Below are positions 45,303 through 55,599 of a stretch of DNA of 64,000 bases, in pieces (the stretch's first letter is position 1; each line of letters begins with the position of its first letter). Source of the stretch: Bacteriovoracaceae bacterium (GTDB lineage Bacteria; Bdellovibrionota; Bacteriovoracia; Bacteriovoracales; Bacteriovoracaceae); assembly GCA_048270185.1 (NCBI GenBank), contig JBLWTJ010000005.1, forward strand, positions 1 to 64,000. The letters run 5' to 3'. The position numbers and the translations under genes were made by a program. The notes under the pieces were generated by a model. It saw nothing but the letters and a program-made list of their open reading frames with translations. It was not told where the DNA came from and did no database searches.

Positions 45303-47540
45303 ATGAAGTTAGACCATCTCAATATTCAACAACGCCAAGCTGTTAAGGAAATTAACGGGCCAATGATGATTCTTGCTGGTGCAGGATCGGGAAAAACGAG
45401 AACTCTTGTTACAAAGATAGCTTATCTTTTAGAAGAAAAGAATATTTCTCCTTTTCAAATGTTGGCCCTAACATTTTCTAATAAAGCAGCAAAGGAAATG
45501 CGCGACCGAGTAAGTCGAGATGTTAGTTGTGATATTGGTGCTCTTCAGATTACTACTTTCCACTCATTCTGTGCTCGACTTCTTCGTTCAGAAGCTCAGT
45601 ATTTGGGACTGAGTCGAAATTTTACAATCTATGATACGGCAGAACAAAAGAGTGTCGTTAAGGCGATCTTAAATCGTCGTGGAATTTCAACAAAGGAAAC
45701 ATCTCCATTTGAAGTTCTATACTTTATTGAAGATTTAAAAAACCAAGGACACTATCCTGATCGTGATTTAAGCGATAAGGATTATGAAGTTGAAAGTGAT
45801 GATATCTTCTACGATATGTACTTGGACTATGAAAAAGAATTACACAAGGCCAATGCAACTGACTTTGGTGGATTAATTAGTGGTGTAATTCAATTATTTG
45901 AAAAATTTCCAGAAGTACTAGAGAGATACCAAGATCGTTTTCGCTATATTTTAGTAGACGAGTATCAAGATACAAACCGTGCTCAATTTGACCTTGTAAC
46001 AAAAATTGCACAAAAGCGTCGTAATATCTGTGTCGTTGGAGATGAAGATCAGTCTATCTATTCTTGGCGAGGTGCCGATATTAGAAATATTTTAGATTTT
46101 GAAGAAGTCTACAGTGATGCTCAAATTTTAAAGTTAGAGCAAAACTATCGTTCTTCAAAAAATATTATCGAAGCTGCTGGAGCTGTCATTAGTCGTAATA
46201 CCCAAAGAAAGGGTAAGAGTATGTGGACTGATAATCCAGAAGGTGAGTCGATTGAAATTGTAGAGTGTGGTAGTGATAGAGAGGAAGCAGACTTTGTCGC
46301 TGAAAAACTAATCGCCCATCATCAAGATGATAATATCAACTATGATGAAATGGCCGTATTCTACAGAACGAATTCTCAGTCACGTCAGATTGAAGATGCA
46401 TTAAGAAAATCAAATATTCCTTATCGTGTTGTTGGTGGAATCAAATTCTACGAACGAAAAGAAATCAAGGATATGATTGCTTATATTAGACTTCTTGTTA
46501 ATGACAAGGACTCACTCGCTCTAAGTCGTATTATCAATGTTCCAACTCGAGGTATTGGTGCGACAACTTTAAGAAAAATTGAAGAAGAAGCAATTAAAAC
46601 GGATAGTACACTTTGGGAAGTCGTGAATCGAATCATTGATAACCCAGAAGACTTTAAACATATCAGACTTTCTTCAAGAGTTAAGTCGTCCTTATCTGGT
46701 TTTGTTAATTTACTGACAGAAGCAAAGGTAGCTCACGATGAAGGTGAGTCACTTGAAACAGTTTATGAAAAGCTTCTTTATGAATCAGGTTATTGGGAAA
46801 TGCTCCGTGCTGCAAAAGACTATGAATCACAAGCACGAATGGAGAACTTAGAAGAGCTCGGAAGTGCCTTCACTCAATTTGAAGATGCAAATCCAAACGC
46901 GCGCTTTGGTGCTTTCCTTGAAACAATCACTCTTGATAACTCTGTTATTGGACAGGAAGAAGAAAATCAAGGTGAAGTCTCTCTAATGACAATTCACGGA
47001 GCCAAGGGGCTTGAGTTTGAATACGTATTTGTAACAGGTGTTGAAGAAACAGTTTTTCCAAGCTACCAGTCTATGGAGAATGGTGATACCGCAATTGAAG
47101 AAGAAAGACGTTTATTCTATGTTGCTATGACAAGAGCAATGAAGAGACTCTACATTACATTTGCACAAGGGCGTATGCTATTTGGGCAGTTAAGATTTAA
47201 CGGCTTTAGCCGTTTCATTCAGGAAATACCTAATAAGTTTTATATTTGGACTAAGCTTAGAGGTGGCCGTCAAAACCATCCTCAAGATGATTGGGACGAC
47301 GCTATTGACCCCGTCTATGACGATGAACCAGTATATCGTGTTGAAAAAAGTCCAAGTGTAACGACAACAGTTAAAAAAGCTACGTATCCAAAAGGATCGA
47401 AAATTGTTCACTCACTCTACGGAGAAGGAACGGTACTTGAATGTATTGGTCCAACAGGAGATGAGAAAGTAACAATCAAATTTAATGATGGTGCACAAAA
47501 AAAGTTTATGGCGAAGTTTGCACCACTGACTTTAATTTAA
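45303..47540 (+). CDS. pcrA: UvrD/PcrA family DNA helicase
   Basis: AGAGSGKT, DEYQDTN, GDEDQSIY, NYRS, KGLEF, EERRLFYVAMTRA, C-terminal Tudor-like domain. Confidence 0.95.
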   Translation: MKLDHLNIQQRQAVKEINGPMMILAGAGSGKTRTLVTKIAYLLEEKNISPFQMLALTFSNKAAKEMRDRVSRDVSCDIGALQITTFHSFCARLLRSEAQYLGLSRNFTIYDTAEQKSVVKAILNRRGISTKETSPFEVLYFIEDLKNQGHYPDRDLSDKDYEVESDDIFYDMYLDYEKELHKANATDFGGLISGVIQLFEKFPEVLERYQDRFRYILVDEYQDTNRAQFDLVTKIAQKRRNICVVGDEDQSIYSWRGADIRNILDFEEVYSDAQILKLEQNYRSSKNIIEAAGAVISRNTQRKGKSMWTDNPEGESIEIVECGSDREEADFVAEKLIAHHQDDNINYDEMAVFYRTNSQSRQIEDALRKSNIPYRVVGGIKFYERKEIKDMIAYIRLLVNDKDSLALSRIINVPTRGIGATTLRKIEEEAIKTDSTLWEVVNRIIDNPEDFKHIRLSSRVKSSLSGFVNLLTEAKVAHDEGESLETVYEKLLYESGYWEMLRAAKDYESQARMENLEELGSAFTQFEDANPNARFGAFLETITLDNSVIGQEEENQGEVSLMTIHGAKGLEFEYVFVTGVEETVFPSYQSMENGDTAIEEERRLFYVAMTRAMKRLYITFAQGRMLFGQLRFNGFSRFIQEIPNKFYIWTKLRGGRQNHPQDDWDDAIDPVYDDEPVYRVEKSPSVTTTVKKATYPKGSKIVHSLYGEGTVLECIGPTGDEKVTIKFNDGAQKKFMAKFAPLTLI

Positions 47541-47558
47541 AATACCATTGGAGGGTAT

Positions 47559-49784
47559 GTGAAAACTAAGTCACCGTTAAAGATAATTTTTGCATTTCTT
47601 GGTTTAGTTATTTTAATGTCTGCAATTGTTCTTGTTGTGGCCAAGAAAAATCTAAAACCAGAAATGATAAGGACCGCCTTTACTGAGCAACTTCAAAAAG
47701 CACTTCCAAATGCTGAAGTGATAACTCAGTCCCTCGATTATTCTTTGGGGGTAAGCTCTAAAGTGAATATCCGTAAGGTTGAGATACTCTATCCTCATGG
47801 TGGACGTAAACTACCTTTAACGTCATTTGATAACCTTCAGATTGAAGTACCATTTTGGACTATGCTACTTGGTTATGGCACGATCAATATTAATATTGAC
47901 TCACCTAAATTAAGTTTCATTCAGTTAAAGAAAGGCTCTAACTGGGAAAATGCTAGGGAGTTGAAGAAAGTCGTTAGTTTTAGTGAAAAGAAAAAGCCAA
48001 AATCATCGACACCTAAAGATGAGAATAGCTCTGGATCATTGGCAGTTCTAGGTTTTTTTGCTGACGCGACTTTAAATCTAAATGTTACAAATATTAATGC
48101 CAATTACTCTCTGACTGATGGGGATAATGGTGAAGTTAAAATTAATAAATTAGCAGTACACGATATTGGATTAAATACCACAACAGTAGTAGAGCTTAAG
48201 TCGACATTTAATCTATTTAAAGGAAGACCTAATCAGACATCGTTTGACTTTCTAATCATTGGAGAGACGAAGCTAGAAAACTGGCTTAAAGATCAAACGC
48301 TCTTATATAATGCAGAAATTTCAATTAATAAGATTAAATCAAAGTCATTAATTAAAGAAATAAAATCAATTCTTATTAATGTGGATGGTGGAATCAAAAA
48401 GAAATTAATCGACTCAGCAATTAGTGTTTCATTAGAGGAACATCAATTTATGAAGTCTAAGCTAAGTTATGATATGGCCAAATCACAGTTTAGATTACAT
48501 CAGATCAATCTTGATGCTGATTTGAATAATCTATTAGCATTTATAGTCAACATTGCCGACTATGGGGCAAAGATTAAGACTGGACGATTAAAACTAGAAG
48601 GGGCCATTTCTTCACAGAATGGTAAGTTAACACCAGATTTAACTACGACAATAAATTCAGACCTAGAAGTTCTTGGTGAAAGCCTAAAAGTTACAGTTAA
48701 GAATAATTTGAATAAAAAACAAATACGTTCTGCAATTGAAATAAACGCATTTGATGGGGAAATCAAAATAGGTCAATCGACTCCTTTTATCCTTGGTGTC
48801 GATCGATTCGATTATTTAAAAACTTCAACAGTTAATATGTTTATTAAAGATGTCGTTATTCCAACGGCTTTTAAAAATTCAATGCCTAAGACTAAAGCTA
48901 TTGAAGAGACTCCATCTACAGATGAAGAAAGTAAAACAATAAGTAACACTGAGGGAGAAATCTTCTCTAAGTTCCCAGTTAAATCAAAGATTAGATTTTC
49001 AAATACGATGCTTGGGCAAGCACCTCTTAATGGACAGATTTTCTTTAGTGTAAATCGTAAGAAAATGAATATTAGTTCAAATAAATTAAAGCTTGGAACG
49101 GCTCCATTAAATATTAAGCTTAGTTCTAAAATTGAAAAAAATAAAACACAGACGGTAATTGATTCAAACTTTACCGGGGTCGATATTAGCTCAACAGCAC
49201 TCTTTGTTCCCGATCAGCTAATTAAGTCGATTAGTGGAAAGGCTACTGGTTCTGTCGTTGGTAAAACTCAGGGCAATGAGTATGACTTCAATGTAAAGCT
49301 CATTGTAGATGAAGCGAAATTTGATAAGATTAATCTATCAAAGATTGTGGGTAATCTATTTGATAAGATTAAAAAATACACCAAGAAAGAAATTACAGTA
49401 AATGGCGAGATTAACAAAATCTCATTTGAAGGTCATTTAGATGATCGTCAGCATTTATTTAAAAATTATCAAGTGGTACTTGATAATGGAGACTTTGTTC
49501 TTGATGGTAAGGGAAAGATTGATTTCAAGACAAATGGTGAATTACTTGGAAACGTCATTATAAATGAAAAAGAAATTAAGCATGATCTTGAAAGAGATTA
49601 TGGTACATCTCATATCCCATTTCGTTTAGAAGGTGTGGGGTATAATCTATCAAGTGATTATCAATACACAATTGAAGAGGTCGCCAAAAGTGCATCTAAA
49701 AACTTAATTAAGAAAGAATCACAAAAGATTCTTGATAAGAATAAGAAAAAAGTTAAGAAGTTGTTTAAAGGTTTATTTCAATGA
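47559..49784 (+). CDS. AsmA-like protein
   Basis: N-terminal membrane anchor, long beta-rich body, C-terminal IPFRLEG and KKLFKGLF. Confidence 0.7.
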   Translation: MKTKSPLKIIFAFLGLVILMSAIVLVVAKKNLKPEMIRTAFTEQLQKALPNAEVITQSLDYSLGVSSKVNIRKVEILYPHGGRKLPLTSFDNLQIEVPFWTMLLGYGTININIDSPKLSFIQLKKGSNWENARELKKVVSFSEKKKPKSSTPKDENSSGSLAVLGFFADATLNLNVTNINANYSLTDGDNGEVKINKLAVHDIGLNTTTVVELKSTFNLFKGRPNQTSFDFLIIGETKLENWLKDQTLLYNAEISINKIKSKSLIKEIKSILINVDGGIKKKLIDSAISVSLEEHQFMKSKLSYDMAKSQFRLHQINLDADLNNLLAFIVNIADYGAKIKTGRLKLEGAISSQNGKLTPDLTTTINSDLEVLGESLKVTVKNNLNKKQIRSAIEINAFDGEIKIGQSTPFILGVDRFDYLKTSTVNMFIKDVVIPTAFKNSMPKTKAIEETPSTDEESKTISNTEGEIFSKFPVKSKIRFSNTMLGQAPLNGQIFFSVNRKKMNISSNKLKLGTAPLNIKLSSKIEKNKTQTVIDSNFTGVDISSTALFVPDQLIKSISGKATGSVVGKTQGNEYDFNVKLIVDEAKFDKINLSKIVGNLFDKIKKYTKKEITVNGEINKISFEGHLDDRQHLFKNYQVVLDNGDFVLDGKGKIDFKTNGELLGNVIINEKEIKHDLERDYGTSHIPFRLEGVGYNLSSDYQYTIEEVAKSASKNLIKKESQKILDKNKKKVKKLFKGLFQ

Positions 49785-50689
49785 GTAAGAATTTAATTGG
49801 TTCAATTGATATTGGATCAAACTCAACATTATTGTTAATTATCGATTTAGAATCGAAAGAAATCATTCACGAAGTATCGACAATTACAGGGTTAGGTCGA
49901 GGGCTTGATAAGAATGGAGTTTTCCAAGAAAAATCAATGGAAGATACATTCAATGCATTAATGAACTACAAAGATGATTGTAAGCAAAAAGGCTGTGAAA
50001 AGATTATTATTACGGCCACAGAAGCTTCAAGAGTTGCTAAGAACGCACCAGATTTCTTCAAAAGAGTAAAGAGCGAGCTTGCGCTTGATATACAAATTAT
50101 TTCAGGAGAAGGTGAGGCTTTTTATACCGCCGCCGGTATAAATGAAATGATGAAGTCAAAAGCAAAAAAGCAATTAATCCTCGATGTAGGTGGTGCTTCA
50201 AGTGAGTTAATTCTTATAAAGACTTCACCATTTAAAATTCTATCCACTGTCTCTCTTCCAATAGGATCTGTCCGAGTTGATGATTGGATTAAAGACGGAA
50301 TATTGAAATCTAAGATTGATGAAGTGTTTGAAAATTATGATCTCGATAACTATAAGAATCAAGATATTATTGGTGTCGCAGGAACTTTAACTAGCCTTGC
50401 TTTGATGTATTCTAATGCTTCAGAATTTAATGCTGAATCAATCAATAATTACTCAATTAATTTAGAAGACTTCAATGAGAATACAAATCGTATCCAACTT
50501 GTTGATACAAAGACACTTTCAAAGCAATTCTCTTTCCTTGGAAAGAGGTCTAAAACTATTCAAGCTGGAGCAATCTGCGCTCAAGCAATTTTAAATAAAA
50601 TAAATGCAAAAGAGATTAAGTTCTCTACATATGGTCTTCGTTATGGAACTGCATTAAGTGGAGAGATTGATGACATTTACCTCGTATGA
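49781..50689 (+). CDS. Ppx/GppA family phosphatase (short form)
   Basis: IDIGSNS, ATEASR, ISGEGEA, DVGGASSE, GLRYG. Confidence 0.93.
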   Translation: MSKNLIGSIDIGSNSTLLLIIDLESKEIIHEVSTITGLGRGLDKNGVFQEKSMEDTFNALMNYKDDCKQKGCEKIIITATEASRVAKNAPDFFKRVKSELALDIQIISGEGEAFYTAAGINEMMKSKAKKQLILDVGGASSELILIKTSPFKILSTVSLPIGSVRVDDWIKDGILKSKIDEVFENYDLDNYKNQDIIGVAGTLTSLALMYSNASEFNAESINNYSINLEDFNENTNRIQLVDTKTLSKQFSFLGKRSKTIQAGAICAQAILNKINAKEIKFSTYGLRYGTALSGEIDDIYLV

Positions 50690-51113
50690 GCCAAATACTC
50701 TTGAGAATTTACAATTAATTTTCAAAGAAGGGGTTTCAGCTGAATATATATTTCTAATCAAGTCTGGTAAGGCCGTTACTGTCAAAGAGCATAGTGGAAG
50801 ATTAGTGCCTACAGGAATACATAAGAAAGGTGATTTCTTAGGGGTCGCTGGAAGTATAAATCGCCAAACATATGATGAGTCATGTTTTACTATTGAAGAC
50901 TGTGAAGTAGTTCCAATTCCAGTCAGTGAAGTGACAAATATTATTAATTCAAATGAACTATGGCTTAAGCAGATTGTTAATACAATTATTGAACGTCTCG
51001 ATAGCGCCGTTGATATTCTAGCCGAGCATCGAATTTTTGATACAACTAAAACTTCAAATTTTGTATTCTCTGATGAAATTGAGGCCAAGTTTAGGAAGTT
51101 AATTAATGAATAA
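50670..51113 (+). CDS. Cyclic-nucleotide-binding domain protein without HTH
   Basis: IFKEG...IFLIKSG...GDFLG. Confidence 0.8.
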   Translation: MTFTSYEPNTLENLQLIFKEGVSAEYIFLIKSGKAVTVKEHSGRLVPTGIHKKGDFLGVAGSINRQTYDESCFTIEDCEVVPIPVSEVTNIINSNELWLKQIVNTIIERLDSAVDILAEHRIFDTTKTSNFVFSDEIEAKFRKLINE

Positions 51114-51483
51114 GCTACTAATTATCGCTTCATTTTTAATTCTTCTTTCATGCCAAAAGAAAACAGGTGATTGGCAGGGGGGAGAAGATCAAAATAATAA
51201 TGGTATTCGCGATAATATCGATACATGGATAGCTTCAAAATCTAATGGTAAACCAAGGTTAAGGATGGCACTTGAGACATTGGCGAAGGTTAATCCTGCT
51301 GACTGTGAGTATTCAATCAAGGCCCGTTGTTTAGAGCAATTAAGTGATGATGGAATTTTACTACAAGTGGAGCTTTTGGAACTTCAGCTAAATACTGCTG
51401 ATCTTCGAAAGAGTTTTGAGGACAATGTTAAACATTGTCCCCGTATAGATGATCGAAAAATTAATTATAAGTGTATTTTATAG
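51106..51483 (+). CDS. Lipoprotein with DxNxNG calcium-binding-like loop
   Basis: Lipobox LLSC; DQNNNGIRDNID; four further Cys. Confidence 0.78.
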   Translation: MNKLLIIASFLILLSCQKKTGDWQGGEDQNNNGIRDNIDTWIASKSNGKPRLRMALETLAKVNPADCEYSIKARCLEQLSDDGILLQVELLELQLNTADLRKSFEDNVKHCPRIDDRKINYKCIL

Positions 51484-51909
51484 AGTGAGACGGCCGCGGT
51501 TGTTAAGAGCGACAATCGTGTCTGTTACTCTTTTTCTAGCTCTTTGAATATCTCTTGATTCTGTACTTCCAAGATTCTTTACTAGATATGAATATGCTTC
51601 CTCAGCACTCTCTCTTGGCAGTAAAGTTAGTACCTTCTTTTGAAATGTTTTTTCACATTCCTTTAAAGCAACACCAAGAATAGGTGCTTTGATAAACTTG
51701 ATTACTTGAACAAGATCGACATCATCAAGAGCGTAGATTGTATTGAAAGTAATACTCTCAGCATATAGCTCTTTTGCTAGTGTCGGGTTTCTCATCTGAA
51801 TATTCTTAAGAAGTGTTGCCCTCTCATCAGAATTCATAAATTTTAGCATCTCAATGATCTGAGCTTTACCATTAATGAAAATTCCACCATTGTCTTTATT
51901 TGCTTCCAT
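51478..51909 (-). CDS. Stand-alone FliG C-terminal-like domain protein
   Basis: PTLAKELYAESITF, GVALK, IQRARKRV pattern of FliG_C. Confidence 0.75.
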   Translation of the reverse strand: MEANKDNGGIFINGKAQIIEMLKFMNSDERATLLKNIQMRNPTLAKELYAESITFNTIYALDDVDLVQVIKFIKAPILGVALKECEKTFQKKVLTLLPRESAEEAYSYLVKNLGSTESRDIQRARKRVTDTIVALNNRGRLTL

Positions 51910-51927
51910 TTACTTTCCTTTGGGAGA

Positions 51928-52353
51928 TTAGGCCTCTTCCCATTTCATTTTTTCTTGCATGTACTTCTCTCTTGCTTGATCGAGAGTATCACGATGAGAT
52001 TCGTTCATTTGTGAAATTTGATTCTCATGTGTTTCTTTAAGTTCATTAACTCGTGCTTGATGTGTTTTCTTCATATTTTCAAGATCGAGTTTCATGCGCT
52101 CATTCTCTTCTTTTACGAGTTGGGCCTGTTTTTCACGAACTTGTTTTAGTTTCAATTCAGTTTGATGTTCAACTGTTTTTAGTTCAGTTTCATAGTGCTT
52201 ATTCAGTCTTTTAAGATCAGCTTCATGTTTTTTCTCGGTTTTTTGGTACTCCTGAGTGTTCTCGAGTTTGGTCTTCTTTAACTCGTAGGCATGTCTCTTG
52301 TACTCTCTTTGCTTAAACCTTTCCAACTGTGGGCGGCTAATTTCTTGTGACAT
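51928..52353 (-). CDS. Coiled-coil hypothetical protein
   Basis: E/K/Q/H-rich helical repeats. Confidence 0.75.
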   Translation of the reverse strand: MSQEISRPQLERFKQREYKRHAYELKKTKLENTQEYQKTEKKHEADLKRLNKHYETELKTVEHQTELKLKQVREKQAQLVKEENERMKLDLENMKKTHQARVNELKETHENQISQMNESHRDTLDQAREKYMQEKMKWEEA

Positions 52354-52435
52354 AAACTGCTCTTCTTTGACTAGGACATAAAAGCGTCCTAATATATTTT
52401 AATAAGAATTGAACTGTAAGTGAATGGAGGCAAAT

Positions 52436-53617
52436 ATGTCCTTAAATAAAGGCCGTCGCGTATTTTTAGTAGAAGGAAAACGAACACCATTTGGTAAATT
52501 TGGTGGCTCATTAATGGATATTAAACCAGTTGACCTCGCTGTCGCTGCCACAAATTCACTACTTAAGCAGTTGAATTTAAAGCCAAACCTAATCGATCAA
52601 GTAATCCTTGGCAATGTAGTCCCTTCATCAACTGATACCATGTATGGTGGAAGACACCTTGCTCTTAAGGCCGGATGCCCTGAAGAAACTCCTGGTATTA
52701 CGATTAACCGACTGTGCGGTTCGGGTATTCAGGCTATCTTGGATGCTGTTCGACTTATCAAGTTAGAAGAAGCAAATTGTATCCTTGCTGGTGGTACGGA
52801 GAATATGTCGATGGTTCCACACCTTACTTATGGAGCGAGATTTGGTACGAAATACGGATCACTATCTAATGTGGATATGTTACTTGATGCTTTAACTGAC
52901 CAACACGCTGGTTGCCCAATGGGAATCACTGCTGAAAAACTTGGAAAGCAATTTGATTTAACACGAGAAGAGTGTGATGAGTTCTCACTTCTATCTCACC
53001 AAAGAGCGACGAAGGCTTATGCTGAAGGAAAAATCCAGCAAGAGATCTGTAGTGTTGAAATTCGCAAGGGTGTAGCAGAAAAAGATGAGCACTTAAGAGA
53101 AGGGGCTTCATTAGAAGATATGAATAAGCTTAGATCAAGCTTTGTTAAGGATGGACTTGTCACTCCTGGTTCTGCTTCAGGAATTGTTGATGGTGCAGCT
53201 GTGGCAATTGTTGCAAGTGAAGACTTTGTTAAAGAACATGGCCTCAAGCCAGTTGCAGAAATTATTGATGGAGCAGTTGTTGGTGTTGATCCAACAATCA
53301 TGGGGATCGGTCCAGTACCTGCCATAAAGAAAATCTTAGCTGATAATAAATTAGAAATTTCAAATATAGACCTTTTTGAAATTAATGAAGCTTTTGCTGC
53401 TCAAGCACTTGCCTGTATCAAAGACTTGAATCTTGATAAAGATAAGGTCAATATTTGGGGGGGATCAATTGCGATAGGACACCCTTTAGCAGCAACAGGG
53501 ACACGTATTTCGACTACGCTTGCTCACCAACTTCACTCTGAAGGTAAAGAGTATGGAATTGCAAGTGCTTGTATCGGTGGTGGTCAAGGGATCGGAATCC
53601 TATTAAAAAGAGTTTAG
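52436..53617 (+). CDS. Acetyl-CoA C-acyltransferase (thiolase)
   Basis: RTPFG, NRLCGSG, EINEAFA, GHPLAATG, ACIGGGQG. Confidence 0.96.
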   Translation: MSLNKGRRVFLVEGKRTPFGKFGGSLMDIKPVDLAVAATNSLLKQLNLKPNLIDQVILGNVVPSSTDTMYGGRHLALKAGCPEETPGITINRLCGSGIQAILDAVRLIKLEEANCILAGGTENMSMVPHLTYGARFGTKYGSLSNVDMLLDALTDQHAGCPMGITAEKLGKQFDLTREECDEFSLLSHQRATKAYAEGKIQQEICSVEIRKGVAEKDEHLREGASLEDMNKLRSSFVKDGLVTPGSASGIVDGAAVAIVASEDFVKEHGLKPVAEIIDGAVVGVDPTIMGIGPVPAIKKILADNKLEISNIDLFEINEAFAAQALACIKDLNLDKDKVNIWGGSIAIGHPLAATGTRISTTLAHQLHSEGKEYGIASACIGGGQGIGILLKRV

Positions 53618-54943
53618 ATGAGCAAAGAAGGTAATGAGCTAAATTTCTTTCATAATGACTATACGTCATTTAGAGATTGGCTGTGTTTAGATATTCAAAA
53701 TGTTACTTGGCAAGGAAAGTATCGCGAAGACTTTGAAAGGTTTTGGGATATTTTCTTTGATGATGGCCTAAGCCTTTTTGAAATCTCTAAACGATTTAAT
53801 TATCTCATTGATAATATCCATGTTGGTCCACTTGAGTCATGGTTTATTTGGCTTAGAACAAAATTCTATTGTTATGTTTTTATTTCGAGAGGGATAACAA
53901 TTGAAGAATTGGCCCAAGCTATTAAACAAGACGAAAGAGAAACAGGAATCCTTTTAAGAACTTTCTTCATTGAGGTATTTCCTGAGCATGAAAGTTATAT
54001 CAATAAGAACTTTACGATTAATGATATTCTATCGAAGAATAAGAGTTTTTCGATTCAGAACTTTGTTGATGATCTAGGGGTTAATCTAACTTTTTCTGGA
54101 AGTCATAATCATGAAATCTTAACATCAATGGAAGTTACTCTTTATCAAGAGTGGATCTACTTCGTTAAGAAAATGGAAAAAGACTTTAGAGGAAGTACCT
54201 TTAATGTTTCTCGAATTAAATTAAGGGATAATTTCAGTGCCAGAATGCAAAGTCTTGCACAAGTTTTTGCCTTTGTTGGTGTCGCTATTTTTCTCGTCTG
54301 GGCAATTGAGTTTGCTAACAAGACATATGAGAAATACCTATCAGACAAAATCAGTGTCTATGAACCTCAGTTCCGATGGGAAAACGAAGGGCTAAAATTT
54401 ACTGATGAAACAATTGCTGATCAAGAGCAAATTGCTCAATTTGAGCTTGATATTAAAGATATTGAAAATGTTGATGATACAGAGAACTTTCTCGGTGAAA
54501 CTTTAGAAGATGAAGAACGTGATGAAGTAGAGTCGGAGGTTGTCCTAACATCGATCGATACTCTTCCGCGTGATATTTCTTCTGCCGATAGAGAGCAGTC
54601 TTCTTTTGAAGAAGATATTAAAGGTGGAGGTTATCGTGATAGCCGCTACGGTAACACGAAAGTTTACCGAGTTATGATGAACTCTGCTGATACAGATGAA
54701 ACACGAAAACGCCTAGCAAATCTTTTGAGTCTATATAAAGTAACACAAGTTGATAATGTGAAACCAGGTCTTGCTGTACCTGGAGGTTACTACTACAACC
54801 TCTACGTACCAAGAACTTATCTTAAAGAATTTATGGCCCAAGTTAAAGGTGATGACTCTGTTATCATTTATGAATCAAAGACAAGAACTCGCCGAAATCC
54901 TCCGGGAAAGAACAAAGTTTTCATTTGGCTTAAGACAATATAG
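53618..54943 (+). CDS. Bitopic membrane hypothetical protein
   Basis: One central TM (FAFVGVAIFLVWAI) and an acidic C-terminal half; starts immediately after the thiolase stop. Confidence 0.8.
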   Translation: MSKEGNELNFFHNDYTSFRDWLCLDIQNVTWQGKYREDFERFWDIFFDDGLSLFEISKRFNYLIDNIHVGPLESWFIWLRTKFYCYVFISRGITIEELAQAIKQDERETGILLRTFFIEVFPEHESYINKNFTINDILSKNKSFSIQNFVDDLGVNLTFSGSHNHEILTSMEVTLYQEWIYFVKKMEKDFRGSTFNVSRIKLRDNFSARMQSLAQVFAFVGVAIFLVWAIEFANKTYEKYLSDKISVYEPQFRWENEGLKFTDETIADQEQIAQFELDIKDIENVDDTENFLGETLEDEERDEVESEVVLTSIDTLPRDISSADREQSSFEEDIKGGGYRDSRYGNTKVYRVMMNSADTDETRKRLANLLSLYKVTQVDNVKPGLAVPGGYYYNLYVPRTYLKEFMAQVKGDDSVIIYESKTRTRRNPPGKNKVFIWLKTI

Positions 54944-54963
54944 CATCCGCAAACTTAGACCAA

Positions 54964-55509
54964 CTACATCTGCCCATCTGGAATACTAAACAGAGTCTTA
55001 ACTTCTCTTAGCAGTTGGTGAGTCTGACCTAAGAAATGCCATTGCCTTACAAATCCTATAAGCATTGAAGCAATAAAACCGTAAGCGACACCTGAGTGAG
55101 TTGTTTTCTCAACTAGATTAGTATCGTGTGCACCACCGAGGAAGAAAGCAATCATTCCTAGAATAATCATAAGCATCGTCCAAGGAATTGTTTGGCGCTT
55201 GGCCAGATCTGCTTTGTGAACATATCTTTTAACTTTATCCTTATAAGGCGTAAGGTCTGCAGGAGCTTCATCAAAGAGTTCACCTAGGTTCTGCTCGCTT
55301 GAGACAATAAGATTAATATTGTTAACGAGCCTTGCAACACCAATGAAATAGAACATTACGAAAGCTTGAGCAAAGATAGTATAAAGATAGGCTGGGATGG
55401 CCAGTTTAATGTGACTAATTCCAACGTCAATAAAACCTAGTGCTACGCAAGTAGTTAGGCCGATGGCGGCAACCATGATAACGATCAGTCCTCTTAATAG
55501 ATAGGCCAT
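54964..55509 (-). CDS. Four-TM membrane protein
   Basis: Hydrophobic helices with His residues; start moved to MAYLLR after AAAGGTG. Confidence 0.75.
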   Translation of the reverse strand: MAYLLRGLIVIMVAAIGLTTCVALGFIDVGISHIKLAIPAYLYTIFAQAFVMFYFIGVARLVNNINLIVSSEQNLGELFDEAPADLTPYKDKVKRYVHKADLAKRQTIPWTMLMIILGMIAFFLGGAHDTNLVEKTTHSGVAYGFIASMLIGFVRQWHFLGQTHQLLREVKTLFSIPDGQM

Positions 55510-55599
55510 AATTTCACCTTTTATAATTGTCAACTATACTCTAATTTGCTAATTCTAATCTCATATTTAATAAAACATTTACTATAAGGCAATTTCTTC

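Noticed and set aside
45250..45303. attTn7 insertion downstream of glmS
   Set aside because: pcrA starts 17 nt after the glmS stop; no Tn7 ends or tns genes, so the site is unoccupied.
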